Part shown: positions 9,774 to 17,196 of the stretch, piece by piece
Layout: each line of letters begins with the position of its first letter
How positions within the stretch are numbered: position 1 is the first letter of the stretch
Notes under the pieces: generated by a model
Database searches by the model: none
Told to the model about the DNA's origin: nothing
The model's input: the letters and a program-made list of their open reading frames with translations, nothing else
DNA from: a virus
Lineage: Duplodnaviria > Caudoviricetes
Reading direction: 5' to 3' (one strand)
IMG/VR virus record: IMGVR_UViG_3300044262_000006
Location: 1 to 36,399 of that record
Length of the DNA stretch: 36,399 nucleotides
Position numbers and translations under genes: made by a program

Positions 9774-9962
9774 CTAGGACAATAGGCCGCCGTCGTGCTC
9801 TATAGCCTCTCTTCCATCTAGGCTTCTATGAAGCCATATCACTTCGTTTTCTAGCGCAGGATCGCACCAACACAACTGGTCTGCAATGTGTGCGCGCAGA
9901 TCGCCTTCTGGGATTAGGTGCCATTTGTCGTTATTGCAATGCCTTAGTTCGTGATCGCTCAT
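9774..9962 (-). CDS. Small His/Cys-containing hypothetical protein
   Basis: HLIPEGDLRAH..CWCDP..WLHRSLDGRE; start 9962 overlaps upstream stop. Confidence 0.65.
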   Translation of the reverse strand: MSDHELRHCNNDKWHLIPEGDLRAHIADQLCWCDPALENEVIWLHRSLDGREAIEHDGGLLS

Positions 9963-10117
9963 CGGTTTGACCCTATCAGCGTGCATTCGTCGAATTTCAA
10001 ATTGTCATAAGCGTCAAAATATGGCTCCCCGCAGCCTGACGCCCATTCAGATAGCATAATCGCCATGATCGCTGCGAAAACGGAAACCATTAGGATTTCA
10101 GGGATTTTCTTTTTCAT
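9959..10117 (-). CDS. 52-aa membrane/lipoprotein-like protein (not in ORF track)
   Basis: MKKKIPEILMVSVFAAIMAIMLSEWASGCGEPYF...; ATGA-coupled on both sides. Confidence 0.65.
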   Translation of the reverse strand: MKKKIPEILMVSVFAAIMAIMLSEWASGCGEPYFDAYDNLKFDECTLIGSNR

Positions 10118-10269
10118 TGTTTCCCCTTTGATGGCGGAATCCAGCCATACTCAGCGGCGAACCGCGCCGCAATATCTGTCTTCAGTGACGGAATATATTT
10201 CCAGTTAGGGTTGAGTAGGCCGCCGTTAGCCTGCTGCGGCTTGTGTTGCGCGCTCAGTTTATTGTTCAT
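10114..10269 (-). CDS. 51-aa hypothetical protein (not in ORF track)
   Basis: MNNKLSAQHKPQQANGGLLNPNWKYIPSLKTDIAARFAAEYGWIPPSKGKQ; ATGA-coupled on both sides. Confidence 0.65.
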   Translation of the reverse strand: MNNKLSAQHKPQQANGGLLNPNWKYIPSLKTDIAARFAAEYGWIPPSKGKQ

Positions 10270-10625
10270 GCCGTCCCTTTCGTTTGTTGGTTGGAAAAAT
10301 CTAAAATCTTTTGCTTGGCGTCTTCACAGCCTTTGCCGACTATAAAGAAATACCCAGATGAAACCAAATATTCGCACCAATCTTTTTGTTCTGCGCTGAG
10401 GCTGCCGCCTTTGCTGCGTTTCATTTCAACCCATAGGCGCCAAGCAGGGATAAATAGGTCGGGAACTCCAGATGCCACGCCTTCGGCCTTCAGGCGGCTA
10501 GCGGTGGCAATACTACGGGCACCGCCGTTTGGTATGGCAAAGATGCGCACGCCAGGCCATGTTTGGCGGAACCACCGCACAAGTTCGCGCTGTTCGTAGT
10601 GTTCTGTTGGAATGATGGCGCTCAA
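10266..10625 (-). CDS. VRR-NUC domain nuclease (Holliday junction resolvase-like)
   Basis: EHYEQ...FAIPNGG...GVPDL...VEMKR...LSAEQKDW. Confidence 0.9.
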   Translation of the reverse strand: MSAIIPTEHYEQRELVRWFRQTWPGVRIFAIPNGGARSIATASRLKAEGVASGVPDLFIPAWRLWVEMKRSKGGSLSAEQKDWCEYLVSSGYFFIVGKGCEDAKQKILDFSNQQTKGTA

Positions 10626-10819
10626 AATGGCAACTCCCTAACCCATGACTGGCAGGCGTCAAGCGTGGCGGCAAATTCTTCCGGGGGTGTTGTGTCAAAA
10701 ATATGGCACGCCCCAACAGGGCTGAAATTATCGCAAGTATGGCAACACTTAGGCGGCCCATTACGATCCCATTTGCGCCATTGGACCACAGCGGCTGGCT
10801 CTGGCGGGCGGCCATTCAT
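10622..10819 (-). CDS. Small Cys-rich metal-binding protein
   Basis: CCHTC..C..C pattern; ends ELPF; coupled to neighbours. Confidence 0.65.
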   Translation of the reverse strand: MNGRPPEPAAVVQWRKWDRNGPPKCCHTCDNFSPVGACHIFDTTPPEEFAATLDACQSWVRELPF

Positions 10820-11265
10820 TCGCAAATATCCATAGATTCAATCTCGCCACCAGTTCCGGCATCGAAAATCTTGGCAACGCGCACAGCAGCGGCGGCGTCC
10901 TTCCCAAGGAACATCGCCGCTAAAGCAAAGTCTCGCCCTGAGCCAACAGCGTGGAACTCACGGTCTACAGGGACAAAAAAACCGCCTGTATGCTTGAAAG
11001 GCTTGCTAGTGCCAAGCTTCACCAACAATATCGCTGGGTCGTTCTCTCGTCTTTCGTATCCTGGGAAACCGTACTCAATCAATTCGTCGAATGTCATCAA
11101 TTTGACATTGCGCCACCATTTTATGATCTGGTGCTGCATGCCAGCGCCCCCGGCCACAAAATCTACCCCCGCATACAATTTGGAGGCGTTATCAATTAAA
11201 CCAAAGTCATCCTGATGCAGCGTATCGGCGGCGATTGTCTTACCATCAAATGCGATCGTTGTCAT
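10816..11265 (-). CDS. Ntn-hydrolase, HslV/proteasome-beta-like peptidase
   Basis: N-terminal MTTIA(F)DG..AAD, AVGSG and D..TGG motifs. Confidence 0.8.
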   Translation of the reverse strand: MTTIAFDGKTIAADTLHQDDFGLIDNASKLYAGVDFVAGGAGMQHQIIKWWRNVKLMTFDELIEYGFPGYERRENDPAILLVKLGTSKPFKHTGGFFVPVDREFHAVGSGRDFALAAMFLGKDAAAAVRVAKIFDAGTGGEIESMDICE

Positions 11266-11570
11266 GCTCCGTCCTTTACGAAAGTGCCATCCGGCATTAG
11301 TGTGCCTTTACGGTCTTTAATCTGCTCATATGCCCCAGCAAGGCACCGCGTCAAGTCTATTCCTTGCAGCGTGCAGTAGTTGATGAGGCAGACAACAATA
11401 TCTCCGACCGCATCCTCGATTGCTGCACGATCCCGCTTGCCTTCGGCGTCGCACAATTCGCCAATCTCACTCACTGCCTTGAGTAGCTGACTCACCGGGG
11501 TGGCATTCGGAATGATCCGCCTAGCTTCGGCCCAGCGGATTACCTGCATTTCTAGATCGCTGTAGCTCAT
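11262..11570 (-). CDS. MazG-like NTP pyrophosphohydrolase
   Basis: QLLKAVSEIGELCDA...IEDAVGD...AYEQIKDRKG. Confidence 0.88.
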   Translation of the reverse strand: MSYSDLEMQVIRWAEARRIIPNATPVSQLLKAVSEIGELCDAEGKRDRAAIEDAVGDIVVCLINYCTLQGIDLTRCLAGAYEQIKDRKGTLMPDGTFVKDGA

Positions 11571-11923
11571 TTTTTCCTTGAAAGTATCAGGTATTGGTGC
11601 CGGAGTTTTCGCAGCGCTTTCGATAAAATCTGAGCAACTCTACCGCTGCTAACGCCAATTTTTATGCCTGCCTCGCGGAAGGTGTGCCCTTCTATTACGC
11701 ACAGCATTATTGCCTCAGCCTGGGCCGCGCTCAGCGGTGTGCGTGCGATCAGTTTACTGGCTAAATCACGATCCAATGCTGCGTCTGGGTTTGTTTCTTC
11801 GTCTGAATAAACGCCAGTCGGCTCGCATAATTCCATCTCATCGTCCCGGCTGTACCAGATCGCCAGCACTTCTGCCGGCAGTTTAGCAACGCCAAGTTTT
11901 CCGTAATACTGCCCCCTACTCAT
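11567..11923 (-). CDS. Sigma-70 region 4-like HTH protein
   Basis: LSAAQAEAI...TFREAGIKIGVSSGRVAQILSKALRKLR. Confidence 0.85.
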   Translation of the reverse strand: MSRGQYYGKLGVAKLPAEVLAIWYSRDDEMELCEPTGVYSDEETNPDAALDRDLASKLIARTPLSAAQAEAIMLCVIEGHTFREAGIKIGVSSGRVAQILSKALRKLRHQYLILSRKK

Positions 11924-13532
11924 CCCAAGCCCTCCTTATTACGCGATGAAACTTCCCTTCCATCTTATACTCTACAATGGATGGCGGACTGCTGGAACTC
12001 ATCTGTTCGGCCATGTACTCAAGCGCACCTATTTTCTGAACGCGCCACTCATTCCCAAAGTCTGCGCCAGATTGTGCCGCGATTTTCAGCAATTTGTGCA
12101 TGGCGTTTTGGCCAACAGCATCATCGTGCATCACTGGCAGATATTCAGTAATCGGCTTATCTGATAATGCGCCATAGTATGTGCACGCCAACATTTCTTT
12201 GCCAGATGCCTTGCTTATGTGCTTTCTCCACCGCCATGATTTCACCTTCAAGGCGTTGGCGTGCAGTCCCATAATGTCATCCGTGCGCAACTCTAGCTTT
12301 TTCTTCTCCGGCTCGGGGAATTTATTGCCACATGCCGGGCATTTAGCCGCCGAGATTGCACACAATTCTCCGCAGTTTTCGCATACTTTAACGGGCGCCT
12401 CGCCGTTTCCGTCGCCAGCCCTCTTTGGCGGCTGCACTGCCGTGATAGGACCATGCGTGGCCACCACACCAGCGAAGTCGAGCACTAGGCAATGGTCCGT
12501 ATGGCTCTTAACTCGCATTCCGCGCCCAGCCATCTGTACATACAGGCTGGCAGACATAGTGGGCCGCAGCATGGCGATTAGGTCAATGCCTGGGTAGTCG
12601 AAGCCGGTGGTCAGCACGTTAGCGTTGGTGAGCGCGCGGATTCTTCCCGCCTTGAACTCAGTTAGAATGCGCTCTCGTTCATTCTTCGGCGTCTCTCCTG
12701 TCACGCAATCGGCCATCACGCCATGCCGTCTCAGGACATCGGCCACATGCCTGGCGTGTTTCACGCCGGCGCAAAATACCAGCCAGGCCTTCCGGTCTCC
12801 GGCCAACTCGATGATTTCGCGCACCACGCGTTGATTGTTGTCGTCGGTGTCAACAGCGGCCTGTAATTCAGACTCGATAAATTCACCCCCGCGCTTGTGG
12901 ACGCCAGAAGTATCTAGCTTGGCCATTGTGACCTTACTGCGCAGCGTGGCAAGGTAACCACCTAACACCAGTTCCTCAATGCTTACCGGCTCGATCAGAG
13001 CATCGAATAGCGCTGGATTATCTGTTATAAATCCGTGGCCAAGGCGATATGGCGTGGCTGTCAGGCCGATGACACGCAGCGTAGGATTGATGACCTTCAG
13101 GTCGGCCAAAAACTGGCGATACGATCCAGTCTCCTTATGGTTCACTAGGTGGCATTCGTCGATGACCACCAGGTCAACATGCCCAACTAGCTGCGCCTTA
13201 GTGCGGATAGACTGTATGCCTGCAAATGTGATCGGTTCGCCCAACTGTTTTTTACCAATGCTGGCCGAGTAGATGCCCATTGGAGCGCCAGGCCAGTGTT
13301 GCCGCATCTTCTGCGCGTTCTGCTCTATTAATTCCTTGACGTGCGTTAGCATTAACACAACTGTATCAGGCCAAGTCTGCAACGCTTCTTTGCATAAAGC
13401 TGCCACTATGTGGCTTTTCCCTGCTCCGGTTGGCAATACTAGGCATGGGTTGCCTGTGTTTCCAGCCTCAAACCACCTATAGAGGCTGTCAATTGCTTTC
13501 CTTTGGTAATCCCTAAGCATTTTCGCCAGCAA
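11916..13532 (-). CDS. Superfamily 2 helicase (RadD/YejH-like) with Zn ribbon
   Basis: LRDYQ, PTGAGKS, DECH, TATP, QMAGRG; CENC...CPAC; start may be 13520. Confidence 0.93.
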   Translation of the reverse strand: MLAKMLRDYQRKAIDSLYRWFEAGNTGNPCLVLPTGAGKSHIVAALCKEALQTWPDTVVLMLTHVKELIEQNAQKMRQHWPGAPMGIYSASIGKKQLGEPITFAGIQSIRTKAQLVGHVDLVVIDECHLVNHKETGSYRQFLADLKVINPTLRVIGLTATPYRLGHGFITDNPALFDALIEPVSIEELVLGGYLATLRSKVTMAKLDTSGVHKRGGEFIESELQAAVDTDDNNQRVVREIIELAGDRKAWLVFCAGVKHARHVADVLRRHGVMADCVTGETPKNERERILTEFKAGRIRALTNANVLTTGFDYPGIDLIAMLRPTMSASLYVQMAGRGMRVKSHTDHCLVLDFAGVVATHGPITAVQPPKRAGDGNGEAPVKVCENCGELCAISAAKCPACGNKFPEPEKKKLELRTDDIMGLHANALKVKSWRWRKHISKASGKEMLACTYYGALSDKPITEYLPVMHDDAVGQNAMHKLLKIAAQSGADFGNEWRVQKIGALEYMAEQMSSSSPPSIVEYKMEGKFHRVIRRAWDE

Positions 13533-13824
13533 GCCAGTTCATCGTGCGGCGCGCATTGCGCAGTCCCCTATAAGCCTGTTGTCTTAGCCCGACTGCTCGA
13601 TTGACCCCGGCATCGAACGCATACCATAGGGCGGCATCGATAGATGACAGGTTGTCAGATTGACGCCCGTAGGGGTTTGGTGTAGTCCAGCGAATGTCAT
13701 GTGGGAACTTCGCAATGCGCTCATAGGCGTCAACAATTGGCATGCTGTTGACAACGGTCGCCATCACAGCATCGTAGCCTTGTCGATAAGCCATTAAAAT
13801 GTTCACCCGGTACGTTTTGCGCAT
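13513..13824 (-). CDS. Hypothetical protein
   Basis: 103-aa ORF with GGAG RBS upstream; NPY motif; fits operon. Confidence 0.6.
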   Translation of the reverse strand: MRKTYRVNILMAYRQGYDAVMATVVNSMPIVDAYERIAKFPHDIRWTTPNPYGRQSDNLSSIDAALWYAFDAGVNRAVGLRQQAYRGLRNARRTMNWLAGENA

Positions 13825-13978
13825 AATGATCCTCCAAGGCGATTATGTTCGATGAAATTACCTTACCGCTACACATGCTCAATGCTTTATATCTGGCAAT
13901 CTCAGCATCGGGCGCGCTTACCACATACTCGACCGCGCCATTTGTCAATCTGAGTATTACTAAGTAGTCACTATTCAT
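13730..13978 (-). CDS. Hypothetical protein
   Basis: 82-aa ORF in operon; 3' end overlaps the next gene by 95 nt. Confidence 0.5.
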   Translation of the reverse strand: MNSDYLVILRLTNGAVEYVVSAPDAEIARYKALSMCSGKVISSNIIALEDHYAQNVPGEHFNGLSTRLRCCDGDRCQQHANC

Positions 13979-14078
13979 CGTCGCCCCAAGGTAACGAGTA
14001 GACGAACAACCAAATCAGGATAATCAGTAATACCGGCACCCTAAGCGCTAACAGTAGCAGCGACACTAGGGCGGCCAT
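13971..14078 (-). CDS. 35-aa hydrophobic membrane peptide (not in ORF track)
   Basis: MAALVSLLLLALRVPVLLIILIWLFVYSLPWGDDE; fills the gap between neighbours exactly. Confidence 0.55.
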   Translation of the reverse strand: MAALVSLLLLALRVPVLLIILIWLFVYSLPWGDDE

Positions 14079-14080
14079 AT

Positions 14081-14599
14081 CTATCTAGCAAGCGCCGAGA
14101 ATGTGTTGTTGTAATCTTTCCACGTCTCATTTCTCAGTATTCGCCCCCATGCTTTTTTATTGCTCCCGTACTTTTTTGCCAATTGCGTCGGGGTCATCCC
14201 TGATTGCCTGCCCTCGACCACAATCTCGCGCGTTAATGTTTTATGCCTCGTCTGGTGTGCTCGCTGTATCTTTAGCACCGTATCAAGTGGCAATTTTCTG
14301 CCAGTATTTATCCGTCGCCTCAACTTTCCTTTATCGACCACCATAAAATGCTCGTGGTTCACACAGCGATTATCGTCGCAGATTTCTTGGTTCAAGATTA
14401 CGATTTTATCTCTTGCTTTGAGATTCATTCGACCTACAGCATAAGCTACTGCTCTACGTAGCATGTAATTTTTTCCCTTATATTTTAAGTGCGGGCATCC
14501 GTTCTTCATCGACCAAGCAAGCCAACATCCATCGGAATTTAGGCGTGCTTTGCTCTGCACGTATTCCATGAATTCGGCTTTGTTGAAGTGTGCCATCAT
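14081..14599 (-). CDS. Degenerate HNH-like protein with C-terminal HTH (paralog 1)
   Basis: DGCWLAW...CDDNRCVNHEHF; HTH TPTQLAKKYGSNKKAWGRILRNETW. Confidence 0.7.
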   Translation of the reverse strand: MMAHFNKAEFMEYVQSKARLNSDGCWLAWSMKNGCPHLKYKGKNYMLRRAVAYAVGRMNLKARDKIVILNQEICDDNRCVNHEHFMVVDKGKLRRRINTGRKLPLDTVLKIQRAHQTRHKTLTREIVVEGRQSGMTPTQLAKKYGSNKKAWGRILRNETWKDYNNTFSALAR

Positions 14600-14610
14600 T
14601 TGGTCCCATA

Positions 14611-14796
14611 TTAAATGATGCGCTTAGTAATCGCGCCGCTTTTACTTTTGCGCGCGTTCCAATCGATCCCGCTCCCGCTACCTTTCCGAGCCTCACCTAG
14701 CAGCTTCTCCTCGCGGCGCGCTTCGTAAAAGTGGATCGCAAACACGGCAGCGAAACCGGCAATCATCATGATGGTGCAGTATGTGTAGACGTTCAT
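14611..14796 (-). CDS. Small single-TM protein
   Basis: MNVYTYCTIMMIAGFAAVFAIHF plus charged tail; lies downstream of repeat copy 1; start may be 14808. Confidence 0.6.
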   Translation of the reverse strand: MNVYTYCTIMMIAGFAAVFAIHFYEARREEKLLGEARKGSGSGIDWNARKSKSGAITKRII

Positions 14797-14811
14797 TTCA
14801 TTACCCATTTA

Positions 14812-14871
14812 CGTTGACTTGATAACTTATGTTACGGTTTATCCAAGAGAAACTAAACTACCGTTTATCGG
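14812..14871 (-). promoter_or_regulatory. 60-bp repeated promoter-like element, copy 1 (diverged)
   Basis: 43/60 ungapped identity to copies 2 and 3; CCGATAAACGG box and TAACAT -10. Confidence 0.7.
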
Positions 14872-15045
14872 GCGATCTATCTTAGCTCCTTTTAGATTAG
14901 CCCCAACCAGATCAGCCCATTTCAGGTTAGCCCCTTCCAGGTTAGCCCCTTCCAGATTAGCCCCTTTCAGATTAGCCCCAACCAGATCATCGGCATCGAC
15001 CGTATGTAACACTTCACCCGTTATCTTGTGTTTGATTTCGATCAT
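14839..15045 (-). CDS. Short pentapeptide-repeat protein
   Basis: [16 protein letters not shown] followed by ([10 protein letters not shown])n; 15-bp tandem DNA repeats at ~14882-14988; GGGG RBS. Confidence 0.85.
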   Translation of the reverse strand: MIEIKHKITGEVLHTVDADDLVGANLKGANLEGANLEGANLKWADLVGANLKGAKIDRPINGSLVSLG

Positions 15046-15048
15046 GAT

Positions 15049-15828
15049 TTACCCCTTTACGTTGTGGTGATAACCTATATTACGGACGATTCCTGCGAAC
15101 CTGAACTGCCGTTCGTCGGATGCTTCGGTCGAAGCCCAAACATCAAAGTCAGAACCTTCTTTATTGCTGGAGTCATCTATTACCGTGTTAACAAAATGCG
15201 CATTCGTAAAGTCTGCCCCTGACAAATCGGCATAACTCATGATCGCATCAGTCATAACAGCACCGAAAAATTTAGCGCCCCTCAAATTACTGTGAGAAAA
15301 GTTAGTGCGCGTGCAATTGGTGTGCGTGCAATCCGCACCGCCTAATACAGAACGACCGATCACCGCGCCTGTCAGATTTGCAGAATGCAGCCATGCTCCG
15401 GTTAAATCTGACCTGGCAATATCTGCATTGGCCATCATCACCATGGAAAAATTGGCGCCGCACAAATCAGTGTACTTTATCTTTATACCAACCATTTCGG
15501 CGCGCTTAAAGCTTGCACCTATGACTCTACATGCGCGGAATTCTGCCCCAGTCATGTCGGCGCCTTCTAAGTCAACACGGTTTAGATTTGATCTTACGAA
15601 CAGGGCGTTTACTAGGTTAGCCTCTGGCATGTCAACATTTGTAAACGTCGAGGTGATACACGCAGCCCCGGATAAATTCGCTCCGGTCAAATCTCGACCA
15701 GTCAAATCTACAGCCATTAATCTACTACCGGATAGATTTGCGCCGCGTAAATCTAGACCAACCAAGTCGTGATTATGAAGTGTGCGATTGCTCAAATCGA
15801 TTGGCATTGTTAAATTTCCCACCTGCAT
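15049..15828 (-). CDS. Pentapeptide-repeat protein
   Basis: Long run of A(D/N)(L/F/M)xx repeats; start probably 15807 (MPIDLS). Confidence 0.88.
   Translation of the reverse strand: MQVGNLTMPIDLSNRTLHNHDLVGLDLRGANLSGSRLMAVDLTGRDLTGANLSGAACITSTFTNVDMPEANLVNALFVRSNLNRVDLEGADMTGAEFRACRVIGASFKRAEMVGIKIKYTDLCGANFSMVMMANADIARSDLTGAWLHSANLTGAVIGRSVLGGADCTHTNCTRTNFSHSNLRGAKFFGAVMTDAIMSYADLSGADFTNAHFVNTVIDDSSNKEGSDFDVWASTEASDERQFRFAGIVRNIGYHHNVKG
15060..15119 (-). promoter_or_regulatory. 60-bp repeated promoter-like element, copy 2
   Basis: Identical to 17002-17061; minus strand reads CCGACGAACGG-CAG-TTCAGG-N17-TAATAT, then RBS and ATG. Confidence 0.8.
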
Positions 15829-16073
15829 CGATAAATCGGAGTCATTTTAGGATACGGCAAATCTGTGGCCTGCACACTAACGAGCGGCTTATGAATCTGC
15901 ATTTTGCAGTTTCCGATCCTGGTGCGCTCACCGATATGCTTGTCAATAAACTCACGCAGATTGCGTACCGGGTTGTTGATCCGCTTTTGTTCAAGCGGCT
16001 CGAATGCTGCCCGGAAGTCTTGCGCGCAAACCGATCCTGATAATAGAGCTAAGCCAAAAATTAAGTATCGCAT
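15810..16073 (-). CDS. Small secreted/periplasmic protein
   Basis: Signal peptide MRYLIFGLALLSGSVCA; AAAGG RBS. Confidence 0.65.
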   Translation of the reverse strand: MRYLIFGLALLSGSVCAQDFRAAFEPLEQKRINNPVRNLREFIDKHIGERTRIGNCKMQIHKPLVSVQATDLPYPKMTPIYRCRWEI

Positions 16074-16091
16074 GATTGCCTTTCTAATGTT

Positions 16092-16239
16092 TGGTGGCCG
16101 GGCGGGGCGTTACTCCCGCTGCTAGCTAGCAGCCGATTCGGCCGCCTGGGTTTCCACCTACTAGCTACTCCACATCGCTCCGCATTTCTGCGGCTCGGGG
16201 GTCGAACCCGATACGTGTCTACTTTCCACGTCGCCGGCC
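16092..16239 (-). ncRNA. tRNA-like structured RNA, 148 nt, ending ACCA, with no anticodon arm
   Basis: GGCCGG/CCGGCC-A-CCA acceptor stem, CGUG/CACG D-like arm, GCGGG/CCCGC terminal arm, several internal hairpins; fills the intergenic gap. Confidence 0.75.
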
Positions 16240-16247
16240 ATTAATCG

Positions 16248-16583
16248 TTACAGAGTCTCGCCTTCTAGCAAATTCTCAGCATCAAGTAGGTGACCATAGG
16301 CGCGTTGCTTATCAACGGTACCTGCGAAATTATCATTAAGGATCATGGATGCTTTACGCACGTGATCCAAAGCGTGCATTACTTCTTTATGCGCGTTAGC
16401 CACTGCTCTATCTTCACGCTCGCCACGTAGGCTAGAATTCCATAAGATGCGCAGCGCGTTTAACAAATATCCATGCGCCTTTTGTTTGGCCGCGGTGCTG
16501 GCTTTACGATTGTCATAAATAATGATTGCTTTTCTGACAAACTCTAGCGCTTCGTCTATCGGGTTGCTTGGTAATTTTTCCAT
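16248..16583 (-). CDS. Hypothetical helical protein with internal duplication
   Basis: Two ~45-aa repeats (KQKAHGYLLNA / KQRAYGHLLDA); GGAG RBS. Confidence 0.7.
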   Translation of the reverse strand: MEKLPSNPIDEALEFVRKAIIIYDNRKASTAAKQKAHGYLLNALRILWNSSLRGEREDRAVANAHKEVMHALDHVRKASMILNDNFAGTVDKQRAYGHLLDAENLLEGETL

Positions 16584-16586
16584 GGT

Positions 16587-16988
16587 TTACTCCACAATGT
16601 AATGAATAAACTGGCGCAGCAATTCAGGGGAAACGTCTAGCTTTTCCGGCTTCTCTTGCTCATTGATAAAAACGAATTCAGGGTTTGCGCTTACTTCGCC
16701 TTCTTCGGTTTCGGCGTACTTTATACGGATGCCCGGATATGATTCAAACGTCATGATCCAGTGACCTAGTTCATCGACCTGTATCCGCAGCGGCACTAGG
16801 TGCTTTATCATGTAGTTGATTGCTTCGCCCTTGGTCCAACAAGGGTAAGCAAATTCCATAAGTTCATCGTACTGTTTACAATCCCTGTCGTAATCTGCCA
16901 GCCAATCTAATGTTTCCCAATCCATGTGCACGCGAGCCATGTGGCCTTCAATGGTTGCCCAAAACTCTTCTGCATATCGTTTGAACAT
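16587..16988 (-). CDS. Acidic hypothetical protein
   Basis: 133-aa D/E-rich ORF; first gene after repeat copy 3; AAGG RBS. Confidence 0.7.
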   Translation of the reverse strand: MFKRYAEEFWATIEGHMARVHMDWETLDWLADYDRDCKQYDELMEFAYPCWTKGEAINYMIKHLVPLRIQVDELGHWIMTFESYPGIRIKYAETEEGEVSANPEFVFINEQEKPEKLDVSPELLRQFIHYIVE

Positions 16989-17001
16989 TTACGTACCTTT
17001 G

Positions 17002-17061
17002 CGTTGTGGTGATAACCTATATTACGGACGATTCCTGCGAACCTGAACTGCCGTTCGTCGG
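17002..17061 (-). promoter_or_regulatory. 60-bp repeated promoter-like element, copy 3
   Basis: Identical to 15060-15119. Confidence 0.8.
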
Positions 17062-17196
17062 CTCGTCTTTTTTAGGCCCTGGCTCCAATACACGTCTACA
17101 CCAGTCGCACACGGGTGGGCTGCTCTGCGGCTGACGCGCCCCATATTGCCCAGCCGGCAAAGCGTACATCTGACAGGTGGGGCACCAATTATTCAT
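17017..17196 (-). CDS. 59-aa CxxC...CxxC zinc-finger protein (not in ORF track)
   Basis: MNNWCPTCQ...VCDWCRRVLE...; ATGA overlap with upstream gene; ends inside repeat copy 3. Confidence 0.6.
   Translation of the reverse strand: MNNWCPTCQMYALPAGQYGARQPQSSPPVCDWCRRVLEPGPKKDEPTNGSSGSQESSVI

Noticed and set aside
16092-16239. Canonical tRNA, intron-containing tRNA or tmRNA
   Set aside because: No anticodon stem-loop in position, terminal loop lacks UUCR, insert too small for a group I intron, and no G3.U70 or convincing tag ORF.
15060-17061. DGR template/variable repeat pair, or attL/attR of an integrated element
   Set aside because: Copies are identical with no adenine-specific differences, and there is no reverse transcriptase or integrase in the genome.
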